DNA of 64,000 bases, taken from NCBI GenBank assembly GCA_039586365.1, contig JBDHKN010000009.1, positions 1 through 64,000 of the forward strand, written 5' to 3'. Numbering within the stretch: the first letter of the stretch is position 1; every line of letters starts with the position of its first letter. The DNA is from Gemmatimonadota bacterium (GTDB lineage: Bacteria > Gemmatimonadota > Gemmatimonadetes > Gemmatimonadales > GWC2-71-9). The translations under genes were made by a program, and so were the position numbers. This document shows, piece by piece, positions 9,201 through 18,013 of this stretch. The notes under the pieces are model-generated. The model was not told where the DNA came from. It worked only from the letters and a program-made list of their open reading frames with translations, and made no database searches.

Positions 9201-10769
9201 ATGAGAGGGATGTTTCCGGTCCTGTTCGGGCTCCATCTGGTCGCTGCTGGGCTCGCTGTTCCTCAGGAGAAGACCGCCCAGGGAACAGAGCACATGGTGA
9301 GTGCGCCGACCGTTGAAGCCCTGCAAGCGGGTTTGTCGATCCTACAACGGGGCGGCAATGCGATCGACGCGGCGGCTGCCACCGCCTTCGCCCTCATGGT
9401 CACCGACCCGGCAATGAGCAGTGTGGGAGGGAGGTCGCAGATCCTGGTACGCCTGAACGACGGGACGTTGGTCGGCTTCGACGGGGCCACGCAGGCACCG
9501 TTGCGCGTGGATCAGCCAGCCAATCTCGGGCATGGGTACAAGACTGTGCCGATTCCGGGTAGCCCGGCTGCCCTGGAGCAGATGGTACGGGAGCACGGAA
9601 CGCTACCTTTGGCAGAGGTGCTCGAACCCGCCGTGCGGCTGGCAGAAGAGGGATTCCCCATCAAGCAGGATCTGCACGACCAGTTCCGAAGGTACGCCGA
9701 GACGCTGCGTCTCTATCCCGGCACGCGGGAGCATTTCTTCAAGTCAGATGGAACTCCCTATTCAGCGGGAGAACTGTTCCGCCAGCCCGCGTTGTCGAAG
9801 ACGTTGCGTATCATTGCCGAGCAAGGCGCGGACGCCCTCTATCGCGGCGAGTTGGCTCGACTGATGGTAGCCGACATGGAGCGGAACGGCGGACTCGTCA
9901 GGCACGACGACCTCGACCGGTATCAGCCACGAGACGGCGAGATCGTTGAGGGTGAGTACCGGGGGCACCGCATCGTGAGTCGAGGGGGCAATTGCGACGG
10001 AGCGTCGGTCGTGGAGATGCTGCAGATCCTCGAGCACTTCGACGTGGGGGAGTATGCCATCGACGATCCGGAGTACATCCACTTAATGGCGCAGGTCCTG
10101 TACCTCGGCAACGCCGACGAGCACGTGCCCGATTGGCAGCAGGTGTCCAAGGCTCTGGCGGCGCGGCGTGTGCGCGAAATCGATTTGCAGACTGCATTGC
10201 CGGTTCCAGTGAGGCCCGGCGGCGGTCTGGACGGCGAGACGAATCACCTCTCCGTGGTCGATGCTACAGGTAACGCAGTGTCGATTACGCAATCCATTGG
10301 ACCGAATTTCGGGTCCAAAGCGGCCAGCCCGGAATTGGGCTTCTTGTACGCGTACAGCTACGACATGAACGACGATCCGATCCCGTACCAGCGCGAGAAG
10401 ACAAGCCAGTCGCCGACCATGGTGTTGCGGGAGGACATGCCATTCATCGTGGTGGGGTCGGCAGGCAGCAGCCGGATTCCAGGTTCCATCATGCGAGCCA
10501 TCGTAAATGTCATCGATCACGGAATGACACTGGGGGAGGCATTGGCCGCGCGGCGCTGGTTCATCTATGAGAACGAACTCCGGATCGAGGTGACAGACCT
10601 TGCGGAATCGACTTTGGGTTCGCTCCGAGACTACGGCTACACGCTGCGTACCTACGACGGATTGGACAGCTACTTCGCCAGCGTCCACGCCGTCATGTTC
10701 GACCGCTCAGCCGGAATTCTGCACGGGGCCGCCGACCCGAGGGACTTTGGAGCGGCCGGAGGGCGCTAG
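9201..10769 (+). CDS. ggt: Gamma-glutamyltransferase family protein, secreted
   Basis: GGNAIDAA, TVPIPG, PAVRLAEEGF, QPALSKTL, nucleophile T in ETNHLSVVD, GAADPR; ATG 9201 with SD GAAGGAG and signal-like N-terminus. Confidence 0.9.
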   Translation: MRGMFPVLFGLHLVAAGLAVPQEKTAQGTEHMVSAPTVEALQAGLSILQRGGNAIDAAAATAFALMVTDPAMSSVGGRSQILVRLNDGTLVGFDGATQAPLRVDQPANLGHGYKTVPIPGSPAALEQMVREHGTLPLAEVLEPAVRLAEEGFPIKQDLHDQFRRYAETLRLYPGTREHFFKSDGTPYSAGELFRQPALSKTLRIIAEQGADALYRGELARLMVADMERNGGLVRHDDLDRYQPRDGEIVEGEYRGHRIVSRGGNCDGASVVEMLQILEHFDVGEYAIDDPEYIHLMAQVLYLGNADEHVPDWQQVSKALAARRVREIDLQTALPVPVRPGGGLDGETNHLSVVDATGNAVSITQSIGPNFGSKAASPELGFLYAYSYDMNDDPIPYQREKTSQSPTMVLREDMPFIVVGSAGSSRIPGSIMRAIVNVIDHGMTLGEALAARRWFIYENELRIEVTDLAESTLGSLRDYGYTLRTYDGLDSYFASVHAVMFDRSAGILHGAADPRDFGAAGGR

Positions 10770-11154
10770 TCACGGGAGCCGTGAGCTCCACGGTCGGCCT
10801 CAGGTCGCAGCCGAGTGGGCCCCCGGCCGAGACGTTTCACGTGCGGCGAGCTAGCTCGGCGTTTGTACCTGTCACGGCTGCTCTCCGCGTCATGCTCGAC
10901 AGTAGCTCGTTCGGGGTCGCTCCGGACCAGTGCACCCGCAAGACCGTCACATTGGCTCCGTCCCTAGCGCCGTGCAGCGGGCCTGACAGTGCCGCACCCA
11001 GACTGGGATACAGAATGAAGAAGCTACGCGAGGTCCTTCAATTGATGTCATCCTTTCTTGCCTTCGAAGCACGACCCAATTGGTATGGCGCTCAATCAAG
11101 ACACACCAAGTCCCGCCACGAGCCTACCAGCCCTTTTCCCAGCGCTAGGCGCAT

Positions 11155-12018
11155 GTGTTAGAGGACACCGATTCGCGATTTAGTGGGGACCTGGGAGTTC
11201 CTGGGGCCCCTTTTCTCCGCAGGCTGCGTCATTTCGCGTGCGGTTCCGGGGTAACAACTGAAGTTGGTGACACCGGATTGTATCATGCTGTGCGGCGATT
11301 CTTTGAGGCGTTCGACGATGAGCGTGAAGACCACCATGTATCTGTCTCGCTGATGCCGATACCCGATGGCTATGCAGTGACACAGCCGGGGGAACGGACT
11401 GTAGTGTGTGACTCAACTTCAGATGCAATAGCCGCTTATGAGTTTGCCGTTACAAACAACCTCCTCAGAGGCTGCGATCACGTTCAGATCCACTCGTCGG
11501 GCTCAGTCCTAAACGACCGAGCCGTTCTGGCTTTGGGGGCATCGGGCGCGGGAAAGTCCAGTCTTGCACTGGCGTGGCTAGCTGCGGGTTACCCCACTCT
11601 GGGAGACGACGTCGTGCATCTCGCTGCCGACGGTCGCGCGCTTCCCTTCAAGCGACTGTTCAAGGTCTCTCCCGAGATGCTGCAACTCGTGGGAATAGAT
11701 CCGGCCACAACGCCATTCTGGAATGCGGAATGCGAAGAGGCATGGTACGATCCCGACGACGCGGCGGGTTGGGCAGACACAGCTCAAGTGGAATTGGTAG
11801 CGCTGTGTCGCAGGCAGGTCGGCGCCCGGCTGTCCGTTCGACCAGTCGATCGCACCGCCGGACTCAATGCTCTCATGCATAGCCTGATGGAGACGTGCCG
11901 CTGTGCAGAGAATAGCCTCGATATTCTGGTGGAGGTCGTCAAGCACGCTCGCGTGGTTGAGGTCACCTTCGAGTCGGCTTTGCCAGCCGCAGCAGCCATC
12001 ACAGAATACCTGCAATGA
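11155..12018 (+). CDS. HprK-related kinase (HPr kinase-like P-loop), RiPP-associated type
   Basis: IHSSGSV...ALGASGAGKSSL (Walker A)...GYPTLGDDVV (HPrK DD signature); exact start uncertain. Confidence 0.85.
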   Translation: MLEDTDSRFSGDLGVPGAPFLRRLRHFACGSGVTTEVGDTGLYHAVRRFFEAFDDEREDHHVSVSLMPIPDGYAVTQPGERTVVCDSTSDAIAAYEFAVTNNLLRGCDHVQIHSSGSVLNDRAVLALGASGAGKSSLALAWLAAGYPTLGDDVVHLAADGRALPFKRLFKVSPEMLQLVGIDPATTPFWNAECEEAWYDPDDAAGWADTAQVELVALCRRQVGARLSVRPVDRTAGLNALMHSLMETCRCAENSLDILVEVVKHARVVEVTFESALPAAAAITEYLQ

Positions 12019-13127
12019 CAGTTGAGGTAGCTCGGTCGTTCGCGCAAATCCTCGCGCGGTCCGCGGCAGAACTCGGGAGCCGGGATCCAGGTGCTGGGAA
12101 CCGGCTGGCCGCGGGCTTCGGGATCCTGGGGTTCCTTGCTCGCAATACCGGCGATGGGCGGGACGAAGCACTGGAGGGCGCCAGACTACTTGCCGGGATT
12201 ATCGAGTCTACGCTGTTCGAAGCGGCGGTTCAGATCTCGCGCGCGCTGTCGGTTGGGACGGTACCGCATTTCTTCGTGAAGGGGATCGCCCTGTCCGGTC
12301 GAGCGTACCGGTCCGGCGACCGAGAAATGGCTGACATCGACCTGCACGTGATGCCTAGCCTGTGGTCCAGAGCAGTCAATATCCTGAGCGATCTGGGCTA
12401 CACATTGCTGCCGCCCGAAGAACAAGACGGACCCGCAGCTCTGCGAGCTGGAGTAGCGCTGCAAAGAGGCTCAGCGGGTTCGGAGATCACCGACATTGCA
12501 GTGGACCTCAGATGGGGCCTGGATCCGGTGAACCGATTGTTGCCACGGCCCGATCTGCCCGTCCCGCAGACTGTCTGGAGAGACCTCGATCGGACAGGAC
12601 CGATACCGGTGCCGTCCGATCACCATCACGCTGCGCTGATCGTTCACCACCTAGTCCATCACGACATGTTGCACGTTCGCGGCCTACTGGATCTAGCGCT
12701 GCTATGGAGTCGACTGTTACCCGAAGGTGGCAGGAAGTTCGAAGACTTGGCGCGCGAACTCGGGGTGCTGCGGGCTTCACGAATGCTGGGAAAGGTGCTG
12801 GTGAAACACTTCGATCTCTCACCGTGCGGACTGGAAGCTCCACCGGACGATGTGAGAAGTCGCAGGGCCCTGGCACTGCTCGAACCAGTACGTTGGTGCT
12901 GCTGGGCCGCGCGCGCCAGTGAGAGCGAGTTTGTGGAGATCACGTGGCTGCGCGTTCGGAGACGGTTACTGTTTCTCGACAGCTTGCGGTCAGTGCCGGC
13001 TCTGGTACAGGACGCGGTGCTTCCGCCCAGGGAGTACCTGCGTTGGCGCTGGCCGTATTCGAGATCGGCGGCCACAGCCTTGGGCCGGCATCTCAGTCGA
13101 GTGATTGCGAAGACTTTCGTGCGCTAG
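12015..13127 (+). CDS. Uncharacterised nucleotidyltransferase (NTP_transf_5-like)
   Basis: FVKGIAL...Y...REMADIDLHV, VDLRW, His-rich HHLVHH, RGLLDLALL; ATGA-coupled to the kinase. Confidence 0.85.
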   Translation: MTVEVARSFAQILARSAAELGSRDPGAGNRLAAGFGILGFLARNTGDGRDEALEGARLLAGIIESTLFEAAVQISRALSVGTVPHFFVKGIALSGRAYRSGDREMADIDLHVMPSLWSRAVNILSDLGYTLLPPEEQDGPAALRAGVALQRGSAGSEITDIAVDLRWGLDPVNRLLPRPDLPVPQTVWRDLDRTGPIPVPSDHHHAALIVHHLVHHDMLHVRGLLDLALLWSRLLPEGGRKFEDLARELGVLRASRMLGKVLVKHFDLSPCGLEAPPDDVRSRRALALLEPVRWCCWAARASESEFVEITWLRVRRRLLFLDSLRSVPALVQDAVLPPREYLRWRWPYSRSAATALGRHLSRVIAKTFVR

Positions 13128-13144
13128 AGTCGCAGGGCTCGTTC

Positions 13145-13173
13145 TTGCCCGGCATGAAGCGGTTTCCTAGTTT
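13145..13173 (+). promoter_or_regulatory. Putative sigma-70-type promoter for a leaderless RRE transcript
   Basis: TTGCCC-N17-TAGTTT ends 5 nt before ATG 13179; no SD in front of that ATG. Confidence 0.4.
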
Positions 13174-13178
13174 GCGGC

Positions 13179-13466
13179 ATGACCTCATCAACCTCTGACG
13201 TGGGTCCCAAGGGCCGTTCTGACGTGGTCTTCCGGCAACTCGATGATGGATGGGTGTTGTTTGACCCACGCGCGACGAAGCTTCATGCTTTGAACCTGTC
13301 CGCGGCGCTCGTGTGGGCGCACTGTGATGGCGGGTACGATGCAGACGGAATTGCCCAGGCACTCGCTGCATCGTTCGACCCGCCGGTTTCCATGTCCCGG
13401 GCCCGACAGGACGTCGACGCAACTCTGAAACGGTTTCGAGCAGCCGGACTCCTCGAGCCGAAGTGA
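13179..13466 (+). CDS. PqqD family protein / stand-alone RiPP recognition element (RRE)
   Basis: 95 aa; VVFRQLDDGWVLFDP...LHALNLSAALVWAHCDG...IAQALAASFD...DVDATLKRFRAAGLL is the classic three-strand/three-helix PqqD pattern. Confidence 0.92.
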   Translation: MTSSTSDVGPKGRSDVVFRQLDDGWVLFDPRATKLHALNLSAALVWAHCDGGYDADGIAQALAASFDPPVSMSRARQDVDATLKRFRAAGLLEPK

Positions 13467-13470
13467 CTTA

Positions 13471-14622
13471 GTGCAGTACTATCGCGATCTCTTGGCCCAG
13501 GTGCCGCGGATAGAGGCGTTCCGTGCGGCGATCCGTCGCGTGGTCCGACCGGACGACCGTGTACTGGAGGTGGGCACCGGATTGGGTACCTACGCCTTTT
13601 TCGCGGCTGACGCGGGCGCCGCGCGCGTGTGGGCGGTGGAAGGGAATGCGGTCGTGCACGTGGCCGAGACGATCGCGCGATTGAACGGTTATGGCGGGAA
13701 GATTGACTTCATGCGAGGCTGGATACCGGAGGTCCAGTTACCCGAGCGTGCCACGGTTCTGATTTTTGAGGATTTCCCGGCCCGGCTGCTGGACAGCAGA
13801 ACCTTCACCTTGCTCAGGAATCTGCATGAGTCATATCTCGAGGCTGGTGCCCGCGTGGTCCCGGCGAAGGCCCAGTTGTTCTTGGCACCAGTTGGTTTCG
13901 CGATGTCCGTTGATCTGCTGGGTGAGGCAGATGACGTAGCGTACGGGATCGACTGGAAACCGAGTCGGGAGTATTGGGCGAATACGCCGCACCATACCGC
14001 CGTACCCGGACACGCCGTAGCTGGCGATCCGGTGGCTATTGGAGAGATCGACTTCGGCCTCCACCCGGATGCTGGGGTCTTGGGCGGCGAGGCCAGCTGG
14101 ATCTGGGACCATGATGTCGTGGTTCATGGCCTGGCCTACTGGTTCGACTTGGATCTTGGTGGAGATCAGCACCTGTCCAACGCACCCGGGGCCGAGCCGG
14201 CTTCTTGGGGCCAACTCCTGCTGTCCATCGACTCACCCATTACGGTAGCTGCGGGGGCGGAACTGCGAGCGGCGGTGGCCTGTGACAACTTCCCAGACGG
14301 TGCGCCTGGCTGGCTCAGGTGGAGTGCCAAGACTGCCGCGATGAGCGGTGGAGGCCACGAGTTCGCAGCGAGGCCGGCATCGTTCGCTGACCTCTACAAC
14401 CAATCACCCGACGCCGTGCCGCGTTTGAGCGCGCAGGGGGAGCTGGAGCTGCAAGTAATGCGGCTCACAGACGGGAAGCGGACAATATGCCAGATTGCAG
14501 AGGAAGTGCGCCGGGTGCAGCCGCGATTGAGAGAGCTCGATGCCCAGCGCCTTGTGGTGCGCATGTTGGCGGGGAAACTTGAACAGCCTGCGTGGCGTGA
14601 TGTTGCCGAGGCAGGAGGTTGA
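13471..14622 (+). CDS. Class I SAM methyltransferase, PRMT-like, with C-terminal PqqD/wHTH-like domain
   Basis: VLEVGTGLG, VWAVE, LPERATVLIFE, YLEAGARVVP, GLAYWFD, SNAP..ASWGQ; C-terminal LTDGKRTICQIAEE. Confidence 0.85.
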   Translation: MQYYRDLLAQVPRIEAFRAAIRRVVRPDDRVLEVGTGLGTYAFFAADAGAARVWAVEGNAVVHVAETIARLNGYGGKIDFMRGWIPEVQLPERATVLIFEDFPARLLDSRTFTLLRNLHESYLEAGARVVPAKAQLFLAPVGFAMSVDLLGEADDVAYGIDWKPSREYWANTPHHTAVPGHAVAGDPVAIGEIDFGLHPDAGVLGGEASWIWDHDVVVHGLAYWFDLDLGGDQHLSNAPGAEPASWGQLLLSIDSPITVAAGAELRAAVACDNFPDGAPGWLRWSAKTAAMSGGGHEFAARPASFADLYNQSPDAVPRLSAQGELELQVMRLTDGKRTICQIAEEVRRVQPRLRELDAQRLVVRMLAGKLEQPAWRDVAEAGG

Positions 14623-14625
14623 GGA

Positions 14626-14889
14626 ATGTCGCAGGAAGATAGACGAGCCTTTCTCAAGAAGCTGGCCAAAGGAACAGTTTACGCCGCTCCGGTGGTGCAT
14701 TCGCTGGCGGCACCGCTCGACCTCGTGGGGCAGGGTAAATCGTCTGAACACAAGCGCGAACGCGGGAGCCGGGCAGCGACGGCGTCCCCCGGCGGGAGCA
14801 GCGTTACTCAGCAGACGGACATCGGTGCTCCGCCGCCGGGGCAGCAACCGCCGCCGGGGCAGCCTAACCGGCCGCCATTCCAGCGATAG
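14626..14889 (+). CDS. Putative RiPP precursor peptide, 87 aa
   Basis: SD GGAGGT at 14614-14619, 3 nt after the MTase stop; leader DRRAFLKK...VYAAPVVHSL; low-complexity S/T/R/P/Q-rich C-terminus. Confidence 0.75.
   Translation: MSQEDRRAFLKKLAKGTVYAAPVVHSLAAPLDLVGQGKSSEHKRERGSRAATASPGGSSVTQQTDIGAPPPGQQPPPGQPNRPPFQR
14830..14863 (+). repeat. Direct repeat CCGCCGCCGGGGCAGC x2 (18-nt period) encoding PPPGQ-Q-PPPGQ
   Basis: Exact 16-nt copies at 14830-14845 and 14848-14863. Confidence 0.85.
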
Positions 14890-15435
14890 TTCCAGGAGCC
14901 CTCGATGGAGTTCTGGGGCTCGCTACAACTTGATATCTGCCGTGCTCCCTCAGCGGGCTGTCGGGCGGGGGGAGTTGCCGGAGGTGCCGCCCGCCATTCC
15001 TGCATGGAAAGCTGAGCCAGCCTGGTTTCTCCCTCGCTTCTGAATTAGTCAGGAAACCAGTCTCCCTTCACGGCGCTCTGCCTGGCCAACTATGGGCCGT
15101 TTGAATCTCGTAGCAATCGGCGGGGCAGGCAGCGTTGGCGACGGGCAGCCAGACTCACGGCGGCTCTCGCAGAACGGGTCTCCGTCGCGGTATTCAGCCG
15201 ATCCATGCCTCGCGTCTTCGCTGGCGTTTGCCGGATCGCATCCCGTGTGTTCCAGGTCACCGCAGAAATCTGCGTCACATACCATCTTGTCGTAGTCGAG
15301 CTGGAGGTGCTGCGGGAGATGGATTCAGGAGAGGATTTGGTGGTTTTGGATCTCGATTGCTCTTGACCAATGGTCGCGAAGCGGATCATATTACCCGCCC
15401 CTTCCTGGCGTTCGTAGCAAAAGGATTTCAAGCAG

Positions 15436-15681
15436 ATGGCGTGGAGAGTAATCGACACAGACGGAGAAGAGTGGCAGGTCCAAGCCGCAGCCGAACGTAG
15501 AGCCAACACCAAGCTGTGGCAACTGAGCTTGTCTTTCCGGCCGCGGAGCTCGGACCGGGAACCTCGAGCCATCTGGGCCCAGTATCCACTAGAATCTGTC
15601 TCGAAATCCAGTCTGTTTCAGGCAGCGGACCGCATTTCGGACGAGGACCTCAGGGAGATTCTCGTCCAACACATCTCCTGA
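15436..15681 (+). CDS. Hypothetical protein, 81 aa
   Basis: SD AAAGGA, protein-like composition, first of a co-directional run. Confidence 0.75.
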   Translation: MAWRVIDTDGEEWQVQAAAERRANTKLWQLSLSFRPRSSDREPRAIWAQYPLESVSKSSLFQAADRISDEDLREILVQHIS

Positions 15682-15705
15682 CCGGTCGTTTGACTGGAGT
15701 TCGAC

Positions 15706-15960
15706 ATGCCAATCGCCCCTGTGCAGGACCTCCGCCGCATAGCCGAGGCGGTGGGACAGTTGCGCGGGCGTACAGTTGAGGACGTGCAAGTACGCTCAGA
15801 TTGCCGTTTCCTGCGGATAGCGTTGGAGGGAGGACAGATCCTCCTGATTTCGGCATTGATTGATGAATTCGGTAAGCCGCGTCTGGACGTAGATCTACTG
15901 CGTGCCCCCGAAGAGTTGGCTCACAGGCAGCTTGAGGTGCCGTTTAGCGTCCAGGAATAG
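15706..15960 (+). CDS. Hypothetical protein, 84 aa
   Basis: SD GGAG; beta-rich pattern LRGRTVEDVQV...LRIALEGGQILLI. Confidence 0.75.
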   Translation: MPIAPVQDLRRIAEAVGQLRGRTVEDVQVRSDCRFLRIALEGGQILLISALIDEFGKPRLDVDLLRAPEELAHRQLEVPFSVQE

Positions 15961-15980
15961 CGCCACAACAAGGAGTTGGA

Positions 15981-16394
15981 ATGACCACCGGGCGAGCGCC
16001 CGAGCGACTCAGATTCGTCGATTTCGAGTTCGCGACGGAGGCGAGTGGGCAGTGTCACTCGCGAGTGGTGCTGGAATGGACGCCGGGAGCCTCGTTCGTG
16101 GGTGAAGCGAGGGGGTTGGCGTCCGCCGCCGGGGAGTTGAGATGTGCGGCCGAAGCCACGGTTGACGCACTTGAGAAGGCTGTGGAGGGGAAAGTGAAGC
16201 TGGAGCTACTTGGAGTTAAGGCTGTGAGGGCATTTGATTCAGTCGTCGTTATCGTTTCCCTGTCTTGCCACAACGGATTCGCGCAGCGCGTCGTGGGTTC
16301 CTATCTCTCGGCAGATGAGGTCCCCCGCGGGGCCGCCTTGGCGGTGCTGAATGCCACGAACCGCCTGCTCGGGAATATCGTCTTCGTCCGATGA
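15981..16394 (+). CDS. Hypothetical protein resembling the LeuA allosteric (dimerisation) domain fold
   Basis: SD AAGGAG; FVGEARG...AAEATVDAL...GAALAVLNATNR; ATGA-coupled to the next gene. Confidence 0.7.
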   Translation: MTTGRAPERLRFVDFEFATEASGQCHSRVVLEWTPGASFVGEARGLASAAGELRCAAEATVDALEKAVEGKVKLELLGVKAVRAFDSVVVIVSLSCHNGFAQRVVGSYLSADEVPRGAALAVLNATNRLLGNIVFVR

Positions 16395-17914
16395 CAAAGC
16401 CCTGTTGGACTAACCGTTGGCTCTACGCCGGCGGGGCGATGCTGATCCTCGCACCGGCCTGTTCGCGCGGACCAAACGACTTGGCTATCCGGCCGGATTC
16501 GTCACAGGATGTACCCGAGGAAAGACCTGTGGCGGTTGCGGCGCCGGTTCCGTCACCGGAGGACTCCGCTGCAGACCTCAGGGCACTCGAAGCGCTTAAG
16601 AACCTGGAGTATCGCAGTGTGGCGAAGGGCGCCGACCATGTGCATGGAACTCTGACGGCGTCAGACCTAGGTGATGTTGCGTCCAGCTCGGGAATCACCC
16701 CACCACGCGCGACGCCAGGCCCACGTGGTGGACCGGCGCGAGCAGCTGGGCCGAGCTACGATATCGATGTAGAGTCGTACGCGGACCATGAAAGGGTCGA
16801 GTATTACAAGGAGTTCTTCCTGGGTCCCTCCCGGGAACGTTTCTCCATCTGGCTGGGGCGACTGAATCGATATGAGGGGATGATCAGGAACCGGTTCCGT
16901 GCCTATGGCGTTCCTGAGGACCTCGTGTATCTGGCCATGATCGAGAGTGGTTACTCGAATACGGCCGTGTCCCGGGCCAGCGCAGTGGGGATGTGGCAGT
17001 TCATGGCGGGGACGGCTCCTCGCTACGGGCTCGTCGTAGATGAATGGGTGGATGAGCGTCGGGATCCGTTCAAGGCAACCGATGCGGCTGCGCAGTACCT
17101 AGCGGAGGCGAAAGAGCAATTCGGCTCTTGGTACCTGGCAGCGGCGGCGTACAACGGCGGCCCGAACCGAGTATTGCGGGGTATCCGGCGGCTGGGAGAT
17201 ACGCTGACGAGTGACGAGACGTTCTTCGAATTGTCGGACCGGCGCTGGCTTCGGCGCGAAACCCGCGACTATGTCCCCAAGCTCATAGCCGCAACTTTGA
17301 TCGCCAAGGCGCCATTGAGCTCCGGGTTCGACAGCATCCCGTACCTGCAACCGCTGGTGTTCGACGAGATTACGGTTCCCGGCGCCACAGGCCTGGACGT
17401 TCTGGCCGACCTAGCGGATACGACGGTCAGGGCGCTGGTGGAGCTCAATCCGCACTACTACCGCGGTGTCACACCTCCCAAGAGCAACGCGATTGTTCGG
17501 TTGCCGCGTGGCACCGGCAGTATGGTCGCACGGCGCTACGCCGAGTTGCCGCCGGAGGAGAGGGTGAACTTCCTCCAGCACAAGATCGCTAGGGGCGAGA
17601 CACTTGGCGAGATCGGGCAGCGCCATGGAGTGAGCGTGAGGCTCTTGATGGCGGCCAATCCCGGTGTGGAGCCACGGCGCCTGCGGATTGGGCAGCGGCT
17701 CGTAATCCCCGTTAGCTCAGCCGCAAGAGCTGCTCCCAGGTCGGCACCAAGCGTGCTGCGATCTGGTACCCGCTACCATTTAGTCAGCTGGGGCGAGAGC
17801 CTGTGGGTGATCGCTCGTAGGTATGGAGTGACGGTCGAGAACCTGCTGCGTTGGAATGGTATGGGCCGGGACGATGTGTTGCACGCAGGTCGGAGGATAG
17901 TGGTAGCGCCGTAG
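16391..17914 (+). CDS. mltD: Membrane-bound lytic murein transglycosylase D-like (SLT + LysM domains)
   Basis: LAMIESG, AVGMWQFM, DERRDPFKAT, AAYNGG, ETRDYVPK; C-terminal LysM repeats; lipobox-like APAC. Confidence 0.9.
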   Translation: MTKPCWTNRWLYAGGAMLILAPACSRGPNDLAIRPDSSQDVPEERPVAVAAPVPSPEDSAADLRALEALKNLEYRSVAKGADHVHGTLTASDLGDVASSSGITPPRATPGPRGGPARAAGPSYDIDVESYADHERVEYYKEFFLGPSRERFSIWLGRLNRYEGMIRNRFRAYGVPEDLVYLAMIESGYSNTAVSRASAVGMWQFMAGTAPRYGLVVDEWVDERRDPFKATDAAAQYLAEAKEQFGSWYLAAAAYNGGPNRVLRGIRRLGDTLTSDETFFELSDRRWLRRETRDYVPKLIAATLIAKAPLSSGFDSIPYLQPLVFDEITVPGATGLDVLADLADTTVRALVELNPHYYRGVTPPKSNAIVRLPRGTGSMVARRYAELPPEERVNFLQHKIARGETLGEIGQRHGVSVRLLMAANPGVEPRRLRIGQRLVIPVSSAARAAPRSAPSVLRSGTRYHLVSWGESLWVIARRYGVTVENLLRWNGMGRDDVLHAGRRIVVAP

Positions 17915-18013
17915 TGGGGGCCGCATGAGGCGCGCGAACTGTAGGGGCGCAGGAGATCGGGTCGGGACGTTACCCGCACCTCTTGAATCACGCAGATTCC
18001 CGCTGAGTCCGCT

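Noticed and set aside
10781..11161. 126-aa ORF upstream of the kinase as a second precursor or cluster gene
   Set aside because: No leader motif, no recognisable domain and atypical composition; probably intergenic/promoter DNA.
11155..14889. Calling the cluster a lasso peptide BGC or a PQQ operon
   Set aside because: No asparagine-synthetase-like cyclase, B2 protease or pqqBCE in the window. The precursor lacks the PqqA ExxxY motif and has no clear lasso Thr(-2)/ring pattern after the leader.
14890..15435. Short ORFs on both strands after the precursor (e.g. 15049-15285 minus, Cys-containing)
   Set aside because: No SD or leader similarity and the frames conflict; no gene can be supported.
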